DNA of 53,441 nt from Coxiellaceae bacterium (GCA_044359385.1 JBIKMG010000004.1:1-53441); one strand, 5' to 3'; shown: positions 9,176 through 18,785, numbered from the stretch's first letter. Notes: generated by a model from the sequence alone, not told the origin. Numbers and translations are program-made.

Positions 9176-10465
9176 ATGAGTAAAGCAGCTGTAAAAAATA
9201 ACGAAAGAAAGTATCCGATGGAAAACTGGCTCTCTTGGGTCGTTTGCCTGACTGCGGGGCTGTTTTTCTTTTACGAATTTATTCAGATGAACATGTTTAA
9301 TGCCATTAGCGTTAATTTTATGGATACATTTCATATTAATGCAACGACAATGGGGACGTTGGACTCTTTTTATTTTATAGCTAATGTTATTTTCCTTATT
9401 CCAGCAGGTTATTTGCTGGATCGTTTTCCTATCCGCCGAGTTATTTTAATTTCTATGTTTATTTGCATCGTTGGAACTGCACTTATTGCATGGACGCATA
9501 CGATCGGCTTGGCTATGTTTTTTCGTTTTTTAACTGGAATTGGAAGTGCTTTTTGCTTTTTAAGTTGTATTCGTTTATCAACCCACTGGTTCCATCCGAA
9601 ACGTATTGGTTTTGTTATTGGTGTGATATTGACAGAAGCGATGTTAGGCGGCGTGGTCTCACAAACACCGCTAGCACTGTTGGTTAAGCATTTTAGCTGG
9701 CAATCTGCTTTGTTGATGGATGCGATGTTTGGCCTGTTTATTTGGGCCATTATTTTTTGGTTGGTTCGTGATGCGCCAGAGGGTTACGAACCGGCTCGAT
9801 TGAAGGTGGGCGATAGGCATTCGGCTGTTCAAACCTATCGGCAAGGTTTTCGCGAAGCGTTTGTTTGTATCTACAACTGGCTGATGGGGATTTATACGTC
9901 GCTTTTAAATTTTCCATTGACGGTGCTCGGAGGTATTTGGGGTATTTCTTATTTAACGGCGCGTTTTGAAATAACGGCTATTTCAGCTTCTGTGATCACG
10001 TCTATGTTGTTTTTTGGTATGATGATTGGTTCGCCACTAGCCGGGTATCTTTCGGATGTTTTCAAGCGCCGATCACTGGCGATGGTTGTGGGTAGTTTAA
10101 TTTTAGCGGCTTGTGTTTTGTTGTTGCTATGCGTCTACAGTTGGACGCCTACGGGATTAACTGTTTTATTTTTTGCGATCGGTTTTTTCTCAGGCATTCA
10201 GGTTGTCGGTTATCCAGCAGTTGCTGAGCGTGCGCGACCCGAGATATTGGCGATGTCTGTTAGTGTCGTGAATATTTCAGTGATGTCTGGTGAAGGGGTC
10301 ATCAAGCCGCTATTTGGCTTTTTCATGCGGCTTCATCAAAGTGCGACTCACCAGGTTGGTCAGCACTTGGTTTTTGGCGATTATCGATTGGCTATGTGGT
10401 TGTTGCCCCCCTGTATTCTCTTGGCGATATTGAGTGTTTTGGTGAGTAAGCAAGATTTCAGATAA
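9176..10465 (+). CDS. MFS transporter, Pht family-like; position corresponds to phtD
   Basis: 429 aa. N-terminal WVVCLTAGLFFFYEFIQM matches WVVCLVGALFFFYTFIQM of the upstream gene. AAGGAG Shine-Dalgarno sequence before the ATG at 9176. Confidence 0.7.
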   Translation: MSKAAVKNNERKYPMENWLSWVVCLTAGLFFFYEFIQMNMFNAISVNFMDTFHINATTMGTLDSFYFIANVIFLIPAGYLLDRFPIRRVILISMFICIVGTALIAWTHTIGLAMFFRFLTGIGSAFCFLSCIRLSTHWFHPKRIGFVIGVILTEAMLGGVVSQTPLALLVKHFSWQSALLMDAMFGLFIWAIIFWLVRDAPEGYEPARLKVGDRHSAVQTYRQGFREAFVCIYNWLMGIYTSLLNFPLTVLGGIWGISYLTARFEITAISASVITSMLFFGMMIGSPLAGYLSDVFKRRSLAMVVGSLILAACVLLLLCVYSWTPTGLTVLFFAIGFFSGIQVVGYPAVAERARPEILAMSVSVVNISVMSGEGVIKPLFGFFMRLHQSATHQVGQHLVFGDYRLAMWLLPPCILLAILSVLVSKQDFR

Positions 10466-10491
10466 TACGGTGCGCTATAGTTAAAGTTGTT

Positions 10492-11331
10492 TTGTACGCG
10501 GAAGTAGATAAATTGATTGAAAATACAGCATGGGTGTTATTAGCCACAATTTTGATTGGTACTGTTGCCGGTTTTGTGGGCGGGTTATTTGGGATGGGTG
10601 GTGGTGTTGTCTTGGTTCCCGCTTTTTTAGCGTTGTTTAGTTGGGTTTCGCCCGCATCTGCCATCACGATGAAGCAGGCTGTTGGGACCTCCCTTTTTTT
10701 GGTCATCCCAGCTGGGCTCGGTGCAGTGAGAAAGCAGCGAGCGCTTGGAAACTTAGATCTTAAGTTTTGTGCTCGTTGGATTCCGTATGTTGCTATGGGT
10801 GCAGCACTGGGAACCGGCCTTTCTTTGCTGGTTCATGGGGACGTGTTGAAAATTATTTTTTTGGTTTATTTATTAGTTTGCGTCATTATTTTTATTGTGT
10901 TGAGAGACAAAAAAAAACAAGATTCAGATCATCCACACGGTTGGAAGAGACGGCTGGGAGCCATTCTAATTGGTGCTTTTTCAGTGATGTTGGGTATTGG
11001 GGGCGGCACATTAGCGGCACCTTTTTTGAAGTTGAATGGGTGTACACTGAAAAAAGCGTTGGGACTCTCTTCTGCAACAACGATTGCCGTTGGATTTGTG
11101 GGTGCTATGGGTATGATAGCGATTGGTTGGGGTGTGCCGGGTCGAGTTCCTTACTCCCTGGGATTTGTTAGCCTTCCCGCTATTGTATTGATTACACCAC
11201 TCATGTTTTGGTTGAGTCCATTGGGGGTCTCAGTTGCTCATCGCCTATCAAAACGGTGGCTAGAGGCAGGTTACGTCATATTTTTGATGGTCGTTTTTGG
11301 ATATATGTTATGGCATACAATTGGCAGCTAA
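10492..11331 (+). CDS. TSUP (TauE/SafE) family anion exporter-like membrane protein
   Basis: 279 aa polytopic protein with GxxGGxxGxGGG-type motifs (GFVGGLFGMGGGVV and MLGIGGGTL) typical of TauE/SafE. The start is a TTG and is uncertain. Confidence 0.75.
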   Translation: MYAEVDKLIENTAWVLLATILIGTVAGFVGGLFGMGGGVVLVPAFLALFSWVSPASAITMKQAVGTSLFLVIPAGLGAVRKQRALGNLDLKFCARWIPYVAMGAALGTGLSLLVHGDVLKIIFLVYLLVCVIIFIVLRDKKKQDSDHPHGWKRRLGAILIGAFSVMLGIGGGTLAAPFLKLNGCTLKKALGLSSATTIAVGFVGAMGMIAIGWGVPGRVPYSLGFVSLPAIVLITPLMFWLSPLGVSVAHRLSKRWLEAGYVIFLMVVFGYMLWHTIGS

Positions 11332-11906
11332 AAATAAGCGTCTTGTTTTTTTCTATGCTCTGTTTTGAGGGCTGCCATTACGAGCAGCCAAAGTCTATCG
11401 ATGATGCTTGTCGTATTTACCAGGAATTTCCTGGCTGGCTGGCCATTGGAAAAAAAGTGGAAAAACGGTGGGGAACACCACTGAGTTTGCAGCTGGCTAT
11501 TATATACACAGAGTCAAGTTTTCAAGCGCAAGCTCAACCAAAGCGCAAGTTTATGCATCTCTTTCCTGAGAGCAGTGCTCGAGGTTATGGGCAGGCTCTA
11601 GACTCAGCTTGGCGATTGTATATCCATTCAACGCAGCAGCTAGGAGCTGATCGAGAAAGCTTTCGTGATGCATCGGATTTTATTGGTTGGTATACACATA
11701 AGACCAAGCAAGATTTCGACATGCCATATAGTAATGCTTTTGGGCAGTATTTGGCCTACCACGAGGGCTGGGGAGGGTATGCTAGCGGCTCATACAAAGG
11801 GCATCGCGAGCTGATACAGACAGCTAAAAAAGTTCAGAAGCAAGCGGGCCGCTACCAAAAGCAGCTCATTTCTTGTTCAATAGTAAAGGGTGAAAACAAG
11901 AAGTAG
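11310..11906 (+). CDS. putative secreted/lipoprotein with lytic-transglycosylase (SLT)-like motif
   Basis: The track ORF starts inside the previous gene. I used the internal ATG at 11310 (MAYNWQLKISVLFFSMLCFEGC, a signal-like N-terminus with a weak lipobox). The LAIIYTESSFQ segment resembles the catalytic E-S motif of SLT domains. Confidence 0.5.
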   Translation: MAYNWQLKISVLFFSMLCFEGCHYEQPKSIDDACRIYQEFPGWLAIGKKVEKRWGTPLSLQLAIIYTESSFQAQAQPKRKFMHLFPESSARGYGQALDSAWRLYIHSTQQLGADRESFRDASDFIGWYTHKTKQDFDMPYSNAFGQYLAYHEGWGGYASGSYKGHRELIQTAKKVQKQAGRYQKQLISCSIVKGENKK

Positions 11907-11934
11907 GCGCATCTTGTCCAGAGTGTTCAATTCA

Positions 11935-11962
11935 TTGCTCATTTTGTCAGTTGTGTTAGAAT
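11935..11962 (+). promoter_or_regulatory. candidate extended -10 promoter for the RRM protein gene
   Basis: TTGCTC, a 16-nt spacer, then TGtTAGAAT (-10 at 11957-11962). This would give a 5' leader of about 150 nt before the ATG at 12120. Confidence 0.3.
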
Positions 11963-12119
11963 GGGTCGGGACTGTTGATGGATTGGTCGGTTTTTGTTCT
12001 TTCGTCTCACTTAATTAGTGTGGTTTGGGCTTTAGCCAATGATCTGATTTAATGGTCAACGTTAAAGTGCCCGAATCTTCCAATGTTGGTATAAGATGGG
12101 TCAAAAAGAGAGAGACTAG

Positions 12120-12494
12120 ATGAACGCAAGCAATAAATTGTATGTTGGAAATCTTTCCTACAATACGAAAGATAGCGACCTGAACGATTTTTTTTCCCAG
12201 GCTGGGGATGTCGTTGAGGCAATCGTTATAAAAGACAGAATGACTGATCGCAGTCGTGGCTTTGCTTTTGTAACCATGGGTAGCGAAGCTGATTTAGCCA
12301 AAGCATTGGAACTAAATGGCCAAGAGCTGGATGGCAGACAATTACGAATCAACAAAGCAGAACGCCCAAGTGGCGGCGGCGGTGGCGGTGGCTTCCGTGG
12401 TGGCAACAACGGCGGTGGTAACAACCGTGGTGGCGCTAACCGTGGTGGTGCTAACCGTGGCGGCGGTGGTAGCCGATGGAGTGACAATGACTAA
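12120..12494 (+). CDS. RRM-type RNA-binding protein with Gly/Arg/Asn-rich (RGG-like) tail
   Basis: RNP-2 (KLYVGNL) and RNP-1 (RGFAFVTM) motifs at canonical spacing. C-terminal tail GGGGGGFRGGNNGGGNNRGGANRGGANRGGGG. Confidence 0.9.
   Translation: MNASNKLYVGNLSYNTKDSDLNDFFSQAGDVVEAIVIKDRMTDRSRGFAFVTMGSEADLAKALELNGQELDGRQLRINKAERPSGGGGGGGFRGGNNGGGNNRGGANRGGANRGGGGSRWSDND
12423..12467 (+). repeat. three tandem 15-bp units encoding N-R-G-G-A/G
   Basis: aaccgtggtggcgct / aaccgtggtggtgct / aaccgtggcggcggt, read directly from the sequence inside the RRM gene tail. Confidence 0.85.
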
Positions 12495-12717
12495 TCATGC
12501 TGTGACGGCACTCCTTTGTGCCTCCTGTGATAAAGAAGTTGTAGATTCAGAACTGTCCGGTGCTCGTATGATTGCCGGACAATTGATTGATTACCAGATC
12601 TGCCGTGATTGCGTTAAATTAGCGCAACCGGCAGCGCTCGGTTATCAGCAAGGCTTAAATGAGCGTAAGAATTTCTGGATTAGGGTTTGGGATAAGCTCG
12701 AAAAAAAATACGGCTAA
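12487..12717 (+). CDS. small hypothetical protein with two CxxC pairs (zinc-ribbon-like)
   Basis: The ATG at 12487 is preceded by GGAG and overlaps the RRM gene stop by 8 nt. 76 aa with CASC ... CRDC. The upstream part of track ORF 12316-12717 is an alternative-frame reading of the Gly-rich repeat region. Confidence 0.5.
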   Translation: MTNHAVTALLCASCDKEVVDSELSGARMIAGQLIDYQICRDCVKLAQPAALGYQQGLNERKNFWIRVWDKLEKKYG

Positions 12718-12748
12718 AACGAATGGTATCTTAACAGTTTCGTTTTAG
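12714..12748 (+). terminator. possible AT-rich hairpin after the small zinc-ribbon ORF
   Basis: CTAAAACGAA / TTCGTTTTAG form a 10-bp stem with a 15-nt loop that overlaps the stop codon. Low GC and no clear U-tract. Confidence 0.25.
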
Positions 12749-12864
12749 GATCCAGCAAGTCTTCCGAAGCATCATCTCTCAGCTTACGCCTTAATATCCT
12801 ATTTATTTTTTCAAATTAGTATCTCAATAGAGGCTTAATAAAAATAGTATCTTCTATTAAGCGC

Positions 12865-13572
12865 TCAATTCACGTGTAATTTGACGTTTAAATTAGCCTT
12901 TGTGGGGGTGAGCTCTGAAGCGCTTGTTTGACGGTTTCTTTCAGACGCAAGCAGTCCAACGATTGTTCGCCAGGTCTGACTGGGGTAGCAAAGTCTATCT
13001 GGCTGGCGCAAGGGCCGATCAAATACCCTAGCCTTTAGGACCTGGAATAGGAATAGACGGTATTCACTCTCTATTGCCTGTTCAATAAGGGTCATAAGCA
13101 TCCGCATGCTGGTATGTGTGAACTTTCCATTATCATCGGTTGCCCTGAGCTCGCTTAAGCCTATCGATCGATTATCCACGGAGCCTAAGGTTGTGTTGCT
13201 GATAACCAGATCAGTAGCTTTTGCATAAAGGGCTTGCTTAATCGCCTTTTTGTTTCTAGAGGTGAGAGATCGGGCTCTGGAGGGTGAGTTAGGGAGCGCG
13301 CGCGCTTTAGGATTAAGCAAAGGGTTTTGTAAGATAGAGTTTAGTGTCTCTAGGGATTGTGATTGCTTTATTTTCAACAGCAACGATGCATAGTCGCTCT
13401 GACTGACTAAGGCATTTTCGTCCGTCCCCTGACTCGTAACTTTAGCTGAAAACCTTCGATCAGTTGGAGAGGGTTCATTAGGGCTGTCTCCCAGTCTCAG
13501 ATGATTGGGATCTTGACCTGCATCTGTAACGAATGGTTGGGTCATATCCTCTTCTCTTCTTCCGTCATTCAT
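12865..13572 (-). CDS. hypothetical protein (orphan, no signal peptide)
   Basis: 235-aa ORF with a GGAGG Shine-Dalgarno sequence 7 nt before the ATG at 13572. Polar, low-complexity N-terminal half and helical C-terminal half. No domain recognised. Confidence 0.6.
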   Translation of the reverse strand: MNDGRREEDMTQPFVTDAGQDPNHLRLGDSPNEPSPTDRRFSAKVTSQGTDENALVSQSDYASLLLKIKQSQSLETLNSILQNPLLNPKARALPNSPSRARSLTSRNKKAIKQALYAKATDLVISNTTLGSVDNRSIGLSELRATDDNGKFTHTSMRMLMTLIEQAIESEYRLFLFQVLKARVFDRPLRQPDRLCYPSQTWRTIVGLLASERNRQTSASELTPTKANLNVKLHVN

Positions 13573-13642
13573 TTTTAAGCCTCCATCACACCAGTGAATA
13601 ATTTAATGGAATATGACCTAAGCAAAAAGAGACACTAAGAAG

Positions 13643-15805
13643 TTAGAGGGCATTCAATTGGCAATAACGTAAAACCAGCCATTTTTTACCAACCTGATCA
13701 AAAGTGATTTCAAGGCGAGCAGACTCACCGCGTCCTTCGTAGTTCGTAATGGTGCCGGGTCCAAATTTCTCATGAGAAATACGTTGACCCAATTCCCATT
13801 CCGTCCCGGTAACTGAATGCGGGGTCTGATCCAATGAATCTCCACCTGCTCGCCCTACTTTGCTTTGAGGGCGGATGTGATTAAGACAGTGTTCAGGTAG
13901 TTCTTTTAAAAATCGAGACGGTTGACAGTAGCGCTCTTGTCCGTGTAACCGACGAAGCTCAGCATACGTGATGATTAGTTTCTGCATTGCGCGCGTCATG
14001 CCGACATAACAGAGCCGTCGTTCTTCTTCTAAACCACCGGGTTGATCGGTAGACATTTGGTGTGGAAAAAGTCCTTCTTCTACGCCAGATATGAAAACTA
14101 TCGGAAATTCGAGTCCCTTGGCTGCATGCAACGTCATGAGGCTGACATAATCGCTGTGTTCACTGGCTTGTTCCTCGCCAGAATCTAAAGACACGTGTGA
14201 TAAGAAAATACTGAGCGAACTACCGATGGCTTCTTCTGGGCGCTTAAATTGCTCCGTTGCATTGACTAATTCTTGTAAGTTTTCAATTCGAGAACGCCCC
14301 GTTTCACTTTTATCACGAGAAAACAATTCCATTAGACCACTGTGTGATAAGACAAGATCGGTTAACTCGTGCAGCTCGAGGTTATCTGAATTTTTTTGCA
14401 ATTGGTCAATGAGCTGAATGAAATTATTAAGTGCGCTTCGGGCTCTTGTCGTGAGTAACTCAGCTGCTGTGCAAATTTCGTTTATGGCTTGCCACAATGA
14501 GCAGGATTGAGCGCGAGAATATTCACGCACCGTGACCAAGGTGGTGTTGCCAATTCCTCGAGTGGGGTGATTAATAATACGCTCAAGTGCTGCATCGTCG
14601 AGGGGATTAGAGATTAGCCGCAGATAACCAAGAACATCTTTAATCTCTGCACGATCAAAGAAGCGTTGCCCGCCATAGATTCGATAAGGGATCCCTGTTT
14701 CGAGCAGTCGCTCCTCTAAAATTCGTGATTGTGCATTGGAGCGGTAAAGAATAGCGATTTCACTGGCTCGTCGCCCCCGAGAAAGTTCGCGCTCGATGGT
14801 GCTGATTAGGTAGTAGGTTTCATCGCGATCGCTGTAAGCCGCATAAATATCAATTTTTTCGCCATTAGGGCCGGCTGTCCATAATTTCTTTGCGCTGCGG
14901 TTTGTGTTGTGAGCGATGAGTGTATTTGCCGCAGTGAGAATAGTTTGGGAAGAACGATAATTTTGTTCCAGTAGGGTCACATGAGTATTTTCAAATTCAC
15001 GCTGAAATTTGTGTATATTTTCAATTTGCGCGCCGCGCCAACTATAAATAGATTGGTCATCATCGCCAACGGCTGTAATTGTATTTTCTGCAGATTTGAA
15101 GGCATGAAGCCATCGGTATTGCATGGAATTGGTATCTTGAAACTCGTCCACCAGTAAATATCGGAAACGTTGTTGATAGTGTTTGCGAATATCCTCATGG
15201 GATTCGAGTACTTCAAGTGCGCGTAAAAGTAATTCAGCAAAATCAACCAAACCAGATTGTCGGCAGTTTGCTTCATAGAGGTGATAGATTTGACAAAGGG
15301 TTTCATCGAAAAAACGAGAGGCTTGCGCTTGGGCCTGAGAGGCGCGCCTCCCCGCTTCTTTTTGTTGGTTAATCCACCATTGTGTTTGTTTGCAAGGCCA
15401 TTTGGTTTCATCTAAGTTGAGTGTTTTTTGCAGCCGACGAATGAGACGATGTTGATCATCTGAGTCGATGATTTGAAACGATTCAGGCAGGTTGGCTTCT
15501 TTCCAATGCGTACGCAATAAGCGGTGAGATAAGCCGTGAAAAGTTCCGACCCACATAAGAGAGAGCGGCATCTGTAATAAATCTTCGATACGGTGCCGCA
15601 TTTCATTCGCTGCTTTATTCGTAAAGGTTACCGCTAGAATTTGGCTGGGGCTGCAGCCATGTTCTCGAATAACCCAAGCGATGCGGTGGACTAAGACTCT
15701 GGTTTTTCCACTGCCTGCACCGGCTAAAATAATCGCATTACAGGGCGGTGCGCCAACCGCTTCTTGCTGTTGTGGGTTTAGGTTGTTTAATAATGGGTTG
15801 TCCAT
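13643..15805 (-). CDS. uvrD: DNA helicase II (UvrD)
   Basis: UvrD/Rep superfamily 1 motifs are present: AGAGSGKT (Walker A), VDEFQDTN, TLHAAKGLEF and the VGMTRA motif. I used the ATG at 15805 (MDNPLLNNLNPQQQEAV), which fits the typical N-terminus. Confidence 0.95.
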   Translation of the reverse strand: MDNPLLNNLNPQQQEAVGAPPCNAIILAGAGSGKTRVLVHRIAWVIREHGCSPSQILAVTFTNKAANEMRHRIEDLLQMPLSLMWVGTFHGLSHRLLRTHWKEANLPESFQIIDSDDQHRLIRRLQKTLNLDETKWPCKQTQWWINQQKEAGRRASQAQAQASRFFDETLCQIYHLYEANCRQSGLVDFAELLLRALEVLESHEDIRKHYQQRFRYLLVDEFQDTNSMQYRWLHAFKSAENTITAVGDDDQSIYSWRGAQIENIHKFQREFENTHVTLLEQNYRSSQTILTAANTLIAHNTNRSAKKLWTAGPNGEKIDIYAAYSDRDETYYLISTIERELSRGRRASEIAILYRSNAQSRILEERLLETGIPYRIYGGQRFFDRAEIKDVLGYLRLISNPLDDAALERIINHPTRGIGNTTLVTVREYSRAQSCSLWQAINEICTAAELLTTRARSALNNFIQLIDQLQKNSDNLELHELTDLVLSHSGLMELFSRDKSETGRSRIENLQELVNATEQFKRPEEAIGSSLSIFLSHVSLDSGEEQASEHSDYVSLMTLHAAKGLEFPIVFISGVEEGLFPHQMSTDQPGGLEEERRLCYVGMTRAMQKLIITYAELRRLHGQERYCQPSRFLKELPEHCLNHIRPQSKVGRAGGDSLDQTPHSVTGTEWELGQRISHEKFGPGTITNYEGRGESARLEITFDQVGKKWLVLRYCQLNAL

Positions 15806-15850
15806 AAATGAGGCCCTTTGTAACCGTTGGCTCAAGCGACTGAAACGTTA

Positions 15851-16261
15851 TCAGCAGTTCTTGATACAAACGTTATGTTCAGTAACAGCACCGCCACAGA
15901 TGACATAACAGCTGGCATACCCTTGGGTGCACTCACAAGAGGCATCGCAGGCTTTATCATTCATGAAGTCATTTTCTGTTAAGGTCAGCTTTTTATTTTT
16001 TATGAGCATGTCATTGACGTATGCAATATAAGCTTCGTGTGCCAAAGTTTTTTGTCGAATCAAGCATTGTTGATGGTCAGAGCCGCAGCGCTGATCGCAG
16101 CGGGTTTTTTGTTCTAGGCAACGGTTGACGCATTGCTTACCTGAGATGGTTTTGGGGGCGTTAAAAACAGGCGTAGTACGATAGATGGGGCTGTGCTGAG
16201 TAAATCCCATCAGCAATACGCCGGTCAAGATAATGACACAGGCGCAGATCATTTTTTTCAT
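15851..16261 (-). CDS. hypothetical Cys-rich exported protein
   Basis: 136 aa with an N-terminal hydrophobic signal/anchor (MKKMICACVIILTGVLLMGF). The mature part has 12 Cys, including two CxxxC pairs (CVNRC, CDQRC) and CDASCEC, and ends in NC. No family recognised. Confidence 0.6.
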   Translation of the reverse strand: MKKMICACVIILTGVLLMGFTQHSPIYRTTPVFNAPKTISGKQCVNRCLEQKTRCDQRCGSDHQQCLIRQKTLAHEAYIAYVNDMLIKNKKLTLTENDFMNDKACDASCECTQGYASCYVICGGAVTEHNVCIKNC

Positions 16262-16272
16262 GCGTTTCTTCC

Positions 16273-17568
16273 TTAGTATCGATAGTGATTGGGTTTGAAT
16301 GGACCGGTTTTTGCGATGTTTAGATAGTCGGCTTGTTCGTTGCTTAGCGTGGTAAGAGAAGCCCCCAAACGATTTAGGTGATAGCTCGCGACTTGCTCAT
16401 CCAGATGTTTGGGCAAAACATGTAAGTCGATCGCGTAATTTTCACCATTTTCCCACAGCTCTAGCTGAGCGAGTACTTGGTTCGTGAAGGAGGCAGACAT
16501 GATAAAGCTGGGATGTCCGGTCGCACAGCCTAAGTTGACCAAGCGACCTTCTGCCAACAGCGTAATTCGTTTTCCATCCGGAAAAATAACTTGATCCACT
16601 TGTGGCTTCACATTATCCCAAGGATATTGCTTAAGAGATGCCACATCGATTTCGTTATCGAAGTGGCCAATGTTGCAAACAATCGCTTGGTTTTGCATCG
16701 CTCTTAGGTGATCGTGAGTAATCACTTGAACACAGCCAGTCGCGGTTACAAAAATATCGCCTTGGGTGATCACATCCTCGAGCTTAACTACTTGGAAACC
16801 TTCCATGGCGGCTTGTAGTGCGCAAATCGGATCAATCTCGGTAACAGCAACGCGACAGCCTAAGCTCTTTAATCCTTGTGCACAGCCCTTTCCGACATCC
16901 CCATAGCCACAAACGACGGCTAACTTTCCAGCCAGCATGACGTCGGTGGCACGTTTAATGCCATCGATTAAGGATTCACGACAGCCATAGAGGTTATCGA
17001 ATTTAGATTTGGTGACTGAATCGTTCACGTTGATGGCGGGGACTTTGAGCTCGCCTTTCTTAACCATTTGAGCTAGGCGGTGAACGCCGGTGGTTGTTTC
17101 TTCAGAGATGCCTTTGATATTTTTCAGCATGTGAGGATATTTTTCATGCATGAGTTGAGTTAAATCACCTCCATCATCTAGGATGAGATTCGGTGTCCAA
17201 CCCTTGTTGTCTGTAATCGTTCGCTCAATGCATTCCCAGAATTCTTCATGGGTCTCCCCTTTCCAAGCAAAAACAGGAATGCCTCGTTTTGCCATTGCAG
17301 CAGCGGCTTGGTCTTGCGTTGAAAAGATGTTGCAGGAGGACCAACGCAGCTCGGCGCCAAGTTCAATTAATGTTTCCATGAGTACAGCCGTTTGTATTGT
17401 CATGTGTAAGCAGCCGGCAATGCGTGCGCCAGCTAACGGCTTTGCAGCGCGATAGCGTTTTTGCAAAGCCATCAGTCCAGGCATTTCGTCTCGCGCCATT
17501 GCGATTTCTTTTTCACCCCATTGAGCTAGACTGATATCGGCAACTTGGTAGTCAGTCTTCGTATTCAT
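16273..17568 (-). CDS. ahcY: adenosylhomocysteinase
   Basis: Strong AhcY features: [17 protein letters not shown], the [11 protein letters not shown]-binding motif and [10 protein letters not shown] used the ATG at 17568 (MNTKTDY). Confidence 0.95.
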   Translation of the reverse strand: MNTKTDYQVADISLAQWGEKEIAMARDEMPGLMALQKRYRAAKPLAGARIAGCLHMTIQTAVLMETLIELGAELRWSSCNIFSTQDQAAAAMAKRGIPVFAWKGETHEEFWECIERTITDNKGWTPNLILDDGGDLTQLMHEKYPHMLKNIKGISEETTTGVHRLAQMVKKGELKVPAINVNDSVTKSKFDNLYGCRESLIDGIKRATDVMLAGKLAVVCGYGDVGKGCAQGLKSLGCRVAVTEIDPICALQAAMEGFQVVKLEDVITQGDIFVTATGCVQVITHDHLRAMQNQAIVCNIGHFDNEIDVASLKQYPWDNVKPQVDQVIFPDGKRITLLAEGRLVNLGCATGHPSFIMSASFTNQVLAQLELWENGENYAIDLHVLPKHLDEQVASYHLNRLGASLTTLSNEQADYLNIAKTGPFKPNHYRY

Positions 17569-17612
17569 GATTTTTACCCCTATTTTTTCTTCTTTACTCA
17601 CCATAACAACGG

Positions 17613-18785
17613 TCATGCAACGCCCTCCAGTTGATTAGCTAACTCCTTTAATGAAGCTACTTTATCGCAAAATTCCCAGGTAAATTCGGGCTCGTTTCGA
17701 CCAAAATGCCCATAGCTAGCCGTTTTTTGATAGATTGGGCGCAATAAATTCAATGTTTTAATAATGCCACCGGGCCGAAGGTCAAAGCACCTAAACACCA
17801 GTCGCTGCAACTCTTTTTCATCGATTTTAGCAGTGCCAAAGGTTTCAACATGGATGGAAGTCGGGTCAGCCAGGCCAATCGCATAGGAAATCTGCACCTC
17901 ACAACGATCAGCCAGGCCCGCTGCGACGATATTTTTTGCAACATAACGTGCCGCATAGGCGCCGGAGCGATCAACCTTAGAGGGGTCTTTTCCTGAGAAT
18001 GCGCCGCCGCCGTGGTGGGCCAACCCACCATAGGTGTCAACGATAATCTTGCGCCCAGTGACGCCACAGTCAGCAACTGGGCCGCCAATGACGAAGCGAC
18101 CTGTTGGGTTGATAAAGTACTTTGTTTTTTCATTCAACCAGTGTGCAGGGAGTACGGGTTTAATGATTTCGTCCATGACTGCTTCGTGAATGGTTTTATT
18201 ATCGACGGAGTCACCGTGTTGAGTTGATAAGACAACACAGGCTATCCCGACGGGCTTTCCTTTCTCATAAATCATACTTAACTGTGCTTTGGCATCAGGA
18301 CGCAGCCAGGGTAGTTTGCCGCTTTTTCGTAAGGTCGCTTGTCGTTGCATGAGTTTGTGCGCATAGGTAATCGGTGCAGGCATTAAATTTTCGGTTTCGT
18401 TGGTGGCATAACCAAACATCATGCCTTGGTCACCGGCGCCAAGCTGCTCGTCTGGTCGTTGGTCAACGCCTTGAGCGATGTCGGCTGATTGCTTGCCAAC
18501 AGCATTTAAGACGGCACAGGTAGCGCCATCAAATCCAACATCAGAACTGTTGTAGCCAATGTCCAGCACTGTTTTTCGGACGATAGCTTCCATGTCGACC
18601 CACGCGTTTGTCGTCACTTCACCGGCAATGATGACCATCCCGGACTTAACCAGGGTCTCGCAGGCAACGCGTGCCTTGGGATCTTTGGCGAGGATAGCGT
18701 CTAGGATAGCGTCAGATACTTGATCAGCAACCTTATCTGGATGCCCTTCGCTGACGGATTCGGAGGTTAAAATAGTTTGACTCAT
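17613..18785 (-). CDS. metK: S-adenosylmethionine synthase
   Basis: [44 protein letters not shown] and the rest are canonical MetK motifs. The stop overlaps the long ahcY ORF by 4 nt. Confidence 0.97.
   Translation of the reverse strand: MSQTILTSESVSEGHPDKVADQVSDAILDAILAKDPKARVACETLVKSGMVIIAGEVTTNAWVDMEAIVRKTVLDIGYNSSDVGFDGATCAVLNAVGKQSADIAQGVDQRPDEQLGAGDQGMMFGYATNETENLMPAPITYAHKLMQRQATLRKSGKLPWLRPDAKAQLSMIYEKGKPVGIACVVLSTQHGDSVDNKTIHEAVMDEIIKPVLPAHWLNEKTKYFINPTGRFVIGGPVADCGVTGRKIIVDTYGGLAHHGGGAFSGKDPSKVDRSGAYAARYVAKNIVAAGLADRCEVQISYAIGLADPTSIHVETFGTAKIDEKELQRLVFRCFDLRPGGIIKTLNLLRPIYQKTASYGHFGRNEPEFTWEFCDKVASLKELANQLEGVA

Noticed and set aside
10767-11171. 134-aa plus-strand ORF and other internal or antisense ORFs (for example 5350-5625, 5767-6102, 8006-8272, 9409-9750, 14977-15411, 33080-33415, 47525-47914).
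   Set aside because: All lie inside longer, motif-supported genes in another frame or on the opposite strand. Their compositions (Cys/Trp/Arg-rich or mirror low-complexity) are typical of shadow ORFs.
12316-12486. N-terminal two thirds of the 133-aa plus-strand ORF (AAAVAVASVVATTAVV...).
   Set aside because: It is an alternative-frame reading of the GGN/CGT repeat DNA inside the RRM gene. Only the part from the SD-preceded ATG at 12487 looks like an independent gene.
12158-12487. 109-aa minus-strand ORF encoding PPPRLAPPRLAPP repeats, which could be mistaken for a proline-rich protein.
   Set aside because: It is the antisense shadow of the Gly/Arg/Asn-rich tail and RRM body of the well-supported plus-strand RNA-binding protein gene.
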